Assembly (NCBI GenBank): GCA_030840545.1
Contig: JAVEEH010000001.1
Location: forward strand, 1 to 32,849
Direction: 5' to 3'
Length of the DNA: 32,849 nt
Source: Frankiaceae bacterium
GTDB lineage: Bacteria > Actinomycetota > Actinomycetes > JAFAQI01
Under the pieces are notes generated by a model. It was not told where the DNA came from. It ran no database searches and was given only the letters and a program-made list of their open reading frames with translations. Made by a program: the position numbers and the translations under genes. This document shows positions 26,211-32,849 of the stretch, one piece after another; positions within the stretch are counted from its first letter, which is position 1; each line of letters starts with the position of its first letter.

Positions 26211-27773
26211 GTGACCGACCCGCTTCCCGCTCGTGCTGATGTCGTCGTGGTCGGGGCCGGCCACAACGGTTTGGTCGCCACGACGTTGCTGGCCCGCGCC
26301 GGACTCGACGTCGTCGCGGTCGAGCGCGACGTCATCGTGGGCGGAGCGGCCCGGACGGAGACGCCGTTCGGCAAGGTCCCCGGGCTGCGCCAGTCGACCG
26401 GCGCCTACCTGCTCGGCCTGATGCCGCCGGAGCTCGAACGACTGCTCGACCTGCGGCTGCCGCTGGTCCGCCGCGACCCGCACTACTTCCTCCCGACGAC
26501 GTCCGGCAGCCACCTGCTGATGGGCAGCGACCGCGACGCGACGCGACGGCAGTTCGTCGAGTTCTTCAGCGAGGCCGACCGCGATGCCGACGACCGGCTG
26601 CAAGCCGAGCTCGACCTGCTGCGCGCGGACCTCGCCCCGGCGTGGCTGCGGGAACCCGGCTCGGTCGAGGAGACCGCGGAGCGCTTCATCCGCCCGGCCC
26701 TGCGCACAGTGTTCGTCGACCTCGTCCTGGGTGACGTCGCGTCCTACCTCGACCGGTTCGGGTTCGCCAGCGAGCTCGTCATCGCGATGTACGCCGTGAC
26801 CGACGGCCTCTCCGGGTTGCATGCGGGGCCGGACACCCCGGGCAGCGGACACAACTTTCTCGTGCACAACATGTGCCGCCTGCCGGGCGCGGGCGGCACC
26901 TGGATGATCGTCGAGGGCGGGATGGGGCGGGTGACCGCAACGATCGCCGACCGGGCCAGGGCGGCCGGAGCGACGATCGTGACCGGTGCACCCGTCAGCG
27001 AGATCTGCACCCGCGACGGCAGCGTCACGGGCGTCACGTTGGCTGACGGGCGCAGCATCGACGCCGCGACCGTCGTCGCCGGCTGTGACCCGTTCACACT
27101 GGCGGACCTCGTCACCCTGCCCGCGCCACTGCTCCAGCGGCTGGAGCATGTCCGCCGGCCAGGCACCACCCTCAAGATCAACTTGGCGCTGCGCGACCTC
27201 CCCCGGTTCTCCTGCCTGCCCCCGGACGCACCGTCGCCATTCGGGTCGACCATCCACCTGTTGCCCCAGGACGAGCCGATGGCAGCCGTCCGGGCCATGT
27301 GGCGGGACGTGCAGGCGGGCCGGCTGCCGGACTTCCCCACCATGGAGTGGTACGTCCACACGACAGCCGACCCGAGCCTGCAGGACCCGCAGGGACATCA
27401 CTCGTCGGCACTGTTCGTGCAGTCCGTGCCCTGGCAGCCGGCCGGCTCCTCGTGGGACGTCGAGCTGGCGCCCTACGTCGAGCGGCTGCTCGCGGTCTGC
27501 GACCGGTTCGCCCCCGGCACGTCGGACCTGGTCGCCGACACGTTCGCTCTCCCCCCGCCAGGCATCGAGGCACACTTCGGCATCCGTCACGGCCACATCC
27601 ACCACGTCGACAACGGCTTCGCCTTCGACCAGCGGATGCCCTACGTGACGGGCGTCGGCGGCCTCTACGCCGCGAGCGCCGGCTGCCATCCGGCCGGGTC
27701 GGTGATCGGTGCCGCCGGGCACAATGCGGCCCTCCGGGTGCTCAGTGATCACGGCGTAGCCTTGACGCCGTGA
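26211..27773 (+). CDS. Phytoene-dehydrogenase-related FAD/NAD(P)-binding oxidoreductase (COG1233, CrtI/PYROXD2-like)
   Basis: [51 protein letters not shown]-terminal [24 protein letters not shown]. The stop overlaps the kgd GTG (GTGA at 27770-27773). Confidence 0.85.
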   Translation: MTDPLPARADVVVVGAGHNGLVATTLLARAGLDVVAVERDVIVGGAARTETPFGKVPGLRQSTGAYLLGLMPPELERLLDLRLPLVRRDPHYFLPTTSGSHLLMGSDRDATRRQFVEFFSEADRDADDRLQAELDLLRADLAPAWLREPGSVEETAERFIRPALRTVFVDLVLGDVASYLDRFGFASELVIAMYAVTDGLSGLHAGPDTPGSGHNFLVHNMCRLPGAGGTWMIVEGGMGRVTATIADRARAAGATIVTGAPVSEICTRDGSVTGVTLADGRSIDAATVVAGCDPFTLADLVTLPAPLLQRLEHVRRPGTTLKINLALRDLPRFSCLPPDAPSPFGSTIHLLPQDEPMAAVRAMWRDVQAGRLPDFPTMEWYVHTTADPSLQDPQGHHSSALFVQSVPWQPAGSSWDVELAPYVERLLAVCDRFAPGTSDLVADTFALPPPGIEAHFGIRHGHIHHVDNGFAFDQRMPYVTGVGGLYAASAGCHPAGSVIGAAGHNAALRVLSDHGVALTP

Positions 27774-30700
27774 CAGAGCGGTCGACGCAACCTCCCGGGC
27801 AGTCCGAGTCGTTCGCCGGGTTCGGCCCGAACGAGTGGCTGGTCTACGAGATGTACCAGCAGTACCTCAAGGACCCGGAGTCGGTCGACAAGGCCTGGTG
27901 GGACTTCTTCGCCGACTACAAGCCAGGCTCCGAGGCCGCCAACGGCAACGCCGCGGCGAAGGCTCAGGCGGTCGACGCGACCACGACGGCGAAGCCGTCG
28001 AGCCCTCCGGTCGAGGCCACGCCGGCGGCGAAGCCCGCACCCGCACCCGTCCAGGCCAAGGCAGCGCCGAAGCCGGCCGCGGCGAAGCCCGCGACCACCG
28101 AGGCCGAGGCGCAGCCCAAGGCTCACGCGCCGGTGGTGCAGCCGCTTCGCGGCGCCGCTGCCCGCGTCGTCGCCAACATGGAAGCCAGCCTCGCGGTCCC
28201 GACGGCCACCAGCGTGCGAGCCATCCCGGCCAAGCTGCTCATCGACAACCGGGTCGTCATCAACAACCATCTCCGCCGCGGCCGTGGCGGCAAGGTGTCG
28301 TTCACCCACCTCATCGGCTATGCGCTGGTGAAGGCCCTGGCCGACTACCCGGTCATGAACCGCGCCTTCACCGAGCTCGACGGCAAGCCGGCGGTGACCG
28401 AGCCCGAGCACGTCGCCCTCGGGCTCGCTATCGACCTGCAGAAGGATGACGGCAGCCGGACCCTCGTCGTACCGAACATCAAGAACGCCGACTCCCTCGA
28501 CTTCGCCCGATTCTGGGCCGGCTACGAGGACGTCGTCCGCAAGGCGCGCACCAACAAGCTCACCGCCGACGACTTCGCCGGAACGACGATCAGCCTCACC
28601 AACCCGGGCACGATCGGCACGGTGCACTCGGTGCCGCGGCTGATGGCCGGGCAGGGCTCGATCATCGGCGTCGGCGCGATGGAGTATCCGGCCGAATACC
28701 AGGGTGCGGCCGAGGAGACGCTCGCGCGGCTGGCGGTGAGCAAGGTCATGACGTTGACGTCGACCTACGACCACCGCGTCATCCAGGGCGCGGAGTCCGG
28801 CGCCTTCCTTGGGCGGATGCACGAGCTGCTGCTCGGCGCGGACGACTTCTACGACGAGATCTTCTCGTCGCTGCGCATCCCCTACGAGCCGATCCGGTGG
28901 GCCGCCGACATCCCGGTGACCCACGAGGAGGAGGTTGGCAAGCCGGCTCGGGTGCTGGAGCTGATCCACGCCTACCGCGTGCGCGGCCATCTGATGGCCG
29001 ACACCAACCCGCTCGAGTTCGACCTGCGCCGCCACCCCGACCTCGACGTGGTCACCCACGGGCTGACGTTGTGGGACCTCGACCGGGAGTTCCCGACCGG
29101 GGGCTTCGGCGCAAAGCCGCTGATGAAGCTGCGCGAGGTCCTCGGGGTCCTGCGCGACTCCTACTGCCGCACCATCGGCATCGAATACATGCACATCCAG
29201 GACCCCGAACAACGCAAGTGGATCCAGGACCGGGTCGAGCGCCATCACGAGTCGCTGGACCGCGACGAGCAGCTGCGCATCCTCGGCAAGCTCAACGGCG
29301 CCGAGGCGTTCGAGACGTTCCTGCAGACGAAGTACGTCGGACAGAAGCGGTTCTCGCTCGAAGGCGGCGAGTCGGTCATCCCGCTTCTCGACGCCGTCGT
29401 CTCGGAGGCCGCGCACGACGACATGGACGAGGTCGTCATCGGCATGGCCCACCGGGGCCGTCTCAACGTGCTGACCAACATCGTCGGCAAGTCCTACGCG
29501 CAGGTCTTCCGCGAGTTCGAGGGCAACCTCGACCCGCGCACCGCCCACGGGTCCGGCGACGTGAAATACCACCTCGGCGCCGAGGGTGAGTTCACCGCGC
29601 TCGACGGCGAGAAGGTCAAGGTCTCGCTGACGTCCAACCCGTCGCACCTCGAGGCGGTCGACCCGGTCGTCGAGGGCATCGCCCGGGCCAAGCAGGACCT
29701 CATCAACCGCGGCGCCACCGGGTTCACGGTCCTGCCCGTGCTCATCCACGGCGACGCTGCGTTCGCCGGCCAGGGTGTCGTCGCCGAGACGCTGAACCTG
29801 TCCCAGCTGCGTGGTTACCGCACCGGCGGCAGCGTCCACGTGGTCATCAACAACCAGGTCGGCTTCACGACCTCACCGACGTCGGCGCGCTCGAGCGTCT
29901 ACTCCACTGATGTCGCGCGGATGATCCAGGCGCCGATCTTCCACGTCAACGGTGACGACCCCGAGGCCGTCGTACGCGTCGCGCGGCTCGCCTACGAGTT
30001 CCGTCAGGCGTTCAAGAAGGACGTCGTCATCGACATGCTCTGCTACCGCCGTCGCGGCCACAGCGAGGTCGACGAGCCGTCGTTCACCCAACCCGTCATG
30101 TATGACCTGATCGACGCGAAGCGCAGCGTGCGCAAGATCTACACGGAGTCGCTCATCGGTCGCGGTGACATCACGGTCGAGGAGGCCGAGCTCGCGCTGC
30201 GGGACTACCAGGAGCAGCTCGAGCGGGTGTTCGCCGAGACCCGCGACGTCAGCGGCACCCCACCCGAGGAGCCGGAGGTCGCCCCGGCCGAGAGCACGGC
30301 GGACACCGCGATCTCCACCGAGGTGCTGAAGCGGATCGGCGAGTCGCAGATCACCGTGCCCGACGGTTTCACCGTCCATCCACGGCTGCTGCCGCAGCTG
30401 CAGAAGCGCGCGCAGATGGTGAGCGACGGTGGGATCGACTGGGCGATGGGCGAGACGATCGCGTTCGGCTCGCTGCTCATCGACGGGCGACCCATCCGCC
30501 TGGCCGGCCAGGACACCCGTCGCGGCACGTTCGGCCAGCGGCACGCCGTGCTGGTCGACCGCCGGACCGCGGAGGAGTACACCCCGCTCGCAAACCTGTC
30601 CGACGACCAGGCGCCGTTCTATGTCTACGACTCGCTGCTGAGCGAGTACGCCGCCATGGGCTTCGAGTACGGCTACTCGGTGGCCCGGCCGGGCGCTCTC

Positions 30701-31459
30701 GTGCTCTGGGAGGCGCAGTTCGGCGACTTCGCGAACGGCGCCCAGTCGATCGTCGACGAGTTCATCTCCGCGGGCGAGGCCAAGTGGGGGCAGCGGTCGT
30801 CCGTCGTCCTGCTGTTGCCGCACGGCTACGAGGGCCAGGGGCCGGACCACTCCTCGGCCCGGATCGAACGGTTCCTGGCCTCGTCCGGCGAGGACAACTG
30901 GACCGTCGCCGTCCCGAGCACCCCGGGCAACTACTTCCACCTGCTGCGCTACCAGGTGCTCTCGGGCCGCTGCAAGCCGCTGATCGTGTTCACCCCGAAG
31001 TCCATGCTGCGCCTGCGGGCGGCGACGTCGACGCCGGACGAGTTCACCTCAGGGCATTGGCAGCCGGTGCTTGCCGACCCCAAGTCGCCACCGGCGGACC
31101 GCGTTCGCACGGTCATCCTCACCAGCGGCAAGGTCTGCTACGACCTCGACAAGCAACGGGACAAGAGTGACCGCGACGACGTCGCCATCCTGCGGGTCGA
31201 GCAGCTCTATCCGCTGCCGGTCGAAGAGCTGCGGACGGCGCTGGCCGGATATCCCAACGCGACCGACCTCGTCTGGGTGCAGGAGGAGCCGGCCAACCAG
31301 GGCGCCTGGCCGTTCATCGCCCTCAACCTGCCCGAGCACCTCGACGGCGACCGCACGCTGCGCCGGGTCTCCCGCAACGCCTCGGCGGCGCCGGCGGCCG
31401 GCTCGCACAACACTCATGAGACCGAACAGGCCGCGCTGCTCGAAGCCGCGTTCGCCTGA
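27770..31459 (+). CDS. kgd: Multifunctional 2-oxoglutarate decarboxylase/dehydrogenase E1 with an N-terminal E2-like succinyltransferase domain (actinobacterial Kgd/OdhA type)
   Basis: 1229 aa. Contains [23 protein letters not shown], an Ala/Pro-rich linker, the acyltransferase core [18 protein letters not shown], then the E1 motifs [31 protein letters not shown] and [23 protein letters not shown]. Confidence 0.95.
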   Translation: MTERSTQPPGQSESFAGFGPNEWLVYEMYQQYLKDPESVDKAWWDFFADYKPGSEAANGNAAAKAQAVDATTTAKPSSPPVEATPAAKPAPAPVQAKAAPKPAAAKPATTEAEAQPKAHAPVVQPLRGAAARVVANMEASLAVPTATSVRAIPAKLLIDNRVVINNHLRRGRGGKVSFTHLIGYALVKALADYPVMNRAFTELDGKPAVTEPEHVALGLAIDLQKDDGSRTLVVPNIKNADSLDFARFWAGYEDVVRKARTNKLTADDFAGTTISLTNPGTIGTVHSVPRLMAGQGSIIGVGAMEYPAEYQGAAEETLARLAVSKVMTLTSTYDHRVIQGAESGAFLGRMHELLLGADDFYDEIFSSLRIPYEPIRWAADIPVTHEEEVGKPARVLELIHAYRVRGHLMADTNPLEFDLRRHPDLDVVTHGLTLWDLDREFPTGGFGAKPLMKLREVLGVLRDSYCRTIGIEYMHIQDPEQRKWIQDRVERHHESLDRDEQLRILGKLNGAEAFETFLQTKYVGQKRFSLEGGESVIPLLDAVVSEAAHDDMDEVVIGMAHRGRLNVLTNIVGKSYAQVFREFEGNLDPRTAHGSGDVKYHLGAEGEFTALDGEKVKVSLTSNPSHLEAVDPVVEGIARAKQDLINRGATGFTVLPVLIHGDAAFAGQGVVAETLNLSQLRGYRTGGSVHVVINNQVGFTTSPTSARSSVYSTDVARMIQAPIFHVNGDDPEAVVRVARLAYEFRQAFKKDVVIDMLCYRRRGHSEVDEPSFTQPVMYDLIDAKRSVRKIYTESLIGRGDITVEEAELALRDYQEQLERVFAETRDVSGTPPEEPEVAPAESTADTAISTEVLKRIGESQITVPDGFTVHPRLLPQLQKRAQMVSDGGIDWAMGETIAFGSLLIDGRPIRLAGQDTRRGTFGQRHAVLVDRRTAEEYTPLANLSDDQAPFYVYDSLLSEYAAMGFEYGYSVARPGALVLWEAQFGDFANGAQSIVDEFISAGEAKWGQRSSVVLLLPHGYEGQGPDHSSARIERFLASSGEDNWTVAVPSTPGNYFHLLRYQVLSGRCKPLIVFTPKSMLRLRAATSTPDEFTSGHWQPVLADPKSPPADRVRTVILTSGKVCYDLDKQRDKSDRDDVAILRVEQLYPLPVEELRTALAGYPNATDLVWVQEEPANQGAWPFIALNLPEHLDGDRTLRRVSRNASAAPAAGSHNTHETEQAALLEAAFA

Positions 31460-31462
31460 GTC

Positions 31463-31639
31463 GTGTACTTCACCGACCGCGGCATCGAGGAGCTGCAGCA
31501 TCGTCGCGGCGACGAAATGGTCACCGTCAGGTGGCTCGCCGAGCACCTGCAGACCTTTGTCGACCTGCACCCGGAGTTCGAGACCGCGGTTGAACGGCTC
31601 GCTACCTGGCTCGCCCGGCTCGACGACGAGGACGACTGA
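31463..31639 (+). CDS. Small (58-aa) conserved acidic-tailed protein; from memory this is the DUF6104 family
   Basis: Not in the ORF track because it is under 60 aa. GTG 31463 lies 3 nt after the kgd stop. Translation: VYFTDRGIEELQHRRGDEMVTVRWLAEHLQTFVDLHPEFETAVERLATWLARLDDEDD, stop TGA at 31637-31639. Third-position G/C bias is consistent with coding. Confidence 0.72.
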   Translation: MYFTDRGIEELQHRRGDEMVTVRWLAEHLQTFVDLHPEFETAVERLATWLARLDDEDD

Positions 31640-31642
31640 GTC

Positions 31643-32849
31643 TCAAGCAGCGACCCCCGCCCGCCGGAACTCCATCGCGTCGTCCTCGATCGAGCCGCGC
31701 CTGAGCATGATGATGTCGCGCACGTAGTTCTGGTAGAGGCGCCACGGGGCGCTGTTGCCCTGTCGCGGGAAGTGGTGCACACCGCGCTGCACATAGCCGG
31801 AGGTCAGGTTGATGAAGGGGTTGGTGGGCAGCTCCGGCTCGGCCCACCGCGGCGTGCACTGCCGATAGCCGCGCTCGTCCATGTAGTTCAGCAACCGGCA
31901 GACGTACTCGCAGACAAGGTCGCACTTGAGCGTCCACGACGCGTTCGTGTAGCCAAGCGTCACGGCGAGGTTGGGAACGCCACTGAACATCATTCCCTTG
32001 TAGCCGACCGTCTCGGACAGCTCGACCGGACGACCGTCGACGGCGATCTGCAGCCCGCCGATCGCCAGCATGTTGAGACCGGTGGCCGTCACGATGATGT
32101 CGGCCTCGATCTCCGCACCCGAGGTGAGCTGCAGCCCCTTGTCGGTGAACGTCTCGATCGTGTCGGTGACGATCGATGCCCTGCCGTCCCGGATCGAGGT
32201 GAACAGGTCGGCGTCCGGCACCAGGCAAAGCCGCTGGTCCCACGGGTTGTAACTCGGCGTGAAGTGCGTGTCGATGTCATAGCCCGCCGGGAGCAGCTTC
32301 TCCATCCCCTTGCGGATGATCGCCTTCATGACCCGTGGCCGGCGCCGGCTGACCTCGAAGCTGAACATCGTGAGCAGCACGTTCTTCCACCGAACGAGGG
32401 CATACGCCGTGCGGGTCGGCAGCACGCGCCGGACGAAGTCGGCGATCGCGTCACGCGCCGGCAGCGCGATGACATACGTCGGCGAGCGCTGCACCATCGT
32501 GACGTGCGCCGCGGTTTCAGCCATCGCCGGGACGAGTGTCACCGCGGTTGCGCCGCTGCCGATGACAACGACGTGTTTGCCGGCGTAGTCGAGGTCGGTC
32601 GGCCAGTGCTGCGGGTGCACGACCTCCCCGGCGAACCGCTCGACCCCGACGAAGTCGGGGGTGTAGCCCTCGTCGTACCGGTAGTAGCCCGTGCACATGA
32701 GGAGGAAGTCGCAGGTCATCAGCACGATTTCGTCGGTGTCGGTGCGTTGGAACTCGACCGTCCACCGCGCCGTCGCGCTCGACCACTCGGCCCGGATGGC
32801 TCGCCGGTTGAAGCGGATCGCGTCCTCGATGCCGTGGTCGCGCGCGGTG
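31643..32849 (-). CDS. Flavin-containing (Baeyer-Villiger / EthA-like) monooxygenase; the 5' end lies beyond the right window edge
   Basis: The frame stays open upstream of the track start at 32725 (...DHGIEDAIRFNRRAIRAEWSSATARWTVEFQRTDTDEIVLMTCDFLLMCTGYYRYDEGYTPDF). Also contains VHPQHWPTDLDYAGKHVVVIGSGATAVTLVPAM (second dinucleotide fold), TATGLN, FSGVPNL and PWRLYQNY. Confidence 0.88.
   Translation of the reverse strand, partial: TARDHGIEDAIRFNRRAIRAEWSSATARWTVEFQRTDTDEIVLMTCDFLLMCTGYYRYDEGYTPDFVGVERFAGEVVHPQHWPTDLDYAGKHVVVIGSGATAVTLVPAMAETAAHVTMVQRSPTYVIALPARDAIADFVRRVLPTRTAYALVRWKNVLLTMFSFEVSRRRPRVMKAIIRKGMEKLLPAGYDIDTHFTPSYNPWDQRLCLVPDADLFTSIRDGRASIVTDTIETFTDKGLQLTSGAEIEADIIVTATGLNMLAIGGLQIAVDGRPVELSETVGYKGMMFSGVPNLAVTLGYTNASWTLKCDLVCEYVCRLLNYMDERGYRQCTPRWAEPELPTNPFINLTSGYVQRGVHHFPRQGNSAPWRLYQNYVRDIIMLRRGSIEDDAMEFRRAGVAA

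Noticed and set aside
27950-28130. Repetitive Ala/Pro/Lys-coding DNA near the 5' end of kgd
   Set aside because: This is the normal flexible Ala/Pro-rich linker of actinobacterial Kgd/OdhA. It is low-complexity sequence, not a discrete tandem repeat or mobile element.
26061-29839. Two very long minus-strand ORFs (563 aa at 26061..27752 and 696 aa at 27749..29839)
   Set aside because: Antisense shadows of the COG1233 oxidoreductase and kgd. They are Arg/Gly/Asp/Val-rich with no recognisable domains, and the third-position bias favours the plus-strand frames.
1-32849. CRISPR arrays, IS elements, prophage genes, toxin-antitoxin pairs, rRNA
   Set aside because: Reading both strands by eye, I saw no regularly spaced direct repeats, no transposase, integrase or phage structural motifs in any frame, and no rRNA-like sequence.

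Overview
This window looks like a core chromosomal segment from a very GC-rich actinobacterium (Actinomycetota). The calls rest on motif recognition in the translations, gene order and start/stop geometry; no searches or composition calculations were run. I call 27 protein-coding genes and one tRNA. Three of the genes are missing from the supplied ORF track: rho and an EthA-like monooxygenase run off the window edges, and a 58-codon gene sits downstream of kgd.

Layout:
- Minus strand, 1-9129: response regulator, lipoprotein, argS-lysA-hom-thrC-thrB, a 288-nt leader, then rho. This is the argS-lysA-hom-thrC-thrB-rho order known from Mycobacterium.
- 9203-9274: tRNA-Arg(CCG).
- Plus strand, 9294-11574: an LCP ligase overlapping an IspD/TarI-like cytidylyltransferase that carries a C-terminal NTF2-like domain.
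- Plus strand, 11622-15637: a four-gene lipid-tailoring operon (FAD oxidoreductase, DUF1365, CFA-synthase-like methyltransferase, DUF1295).
- Minus strand, 15634-17039: a convergent PlsC acyltransferase and alpha/beta hydrolase pair.
- 17156-18004: a LigB-type DOPA dioxygenase.
- 18032-19483: a DUF222/HNH endonuclease gene wedged between the dioxygenase and ppc.
- Minus strand, 19541-23804: ppc and a DHA2 MFS transporter.
- Plus strand, 23821-31639: a tight array of DUF3052, eukaryotic-type PLD, an orphan 140-aa protein, a COG1233 FAD oxidoreductase, kgd and a small acidic protein.
- Right edge: a convergent EthA-like flavin monooxygenase.

I found no CRISPR array, transposase, integrase, prophage or canonical defence genes. 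The many long antisense or out-of-frame ORFs in the track are high-GC shadow ORFs.

Nothing here is demonstrably a new system. The most promising candidates are:
- the UfaD/UfaO/UfaM-like lipid operon;
- the LCP plus cytidylyltransferase-NTF2 fusion;
- the DUF3052-PLD pair and the FAD oxidoreductase translationally coupled to kgd;
- the leaderless-looking HNH gene;
- a 60-bp tandem duplication inside the disordered insertion of Rho.
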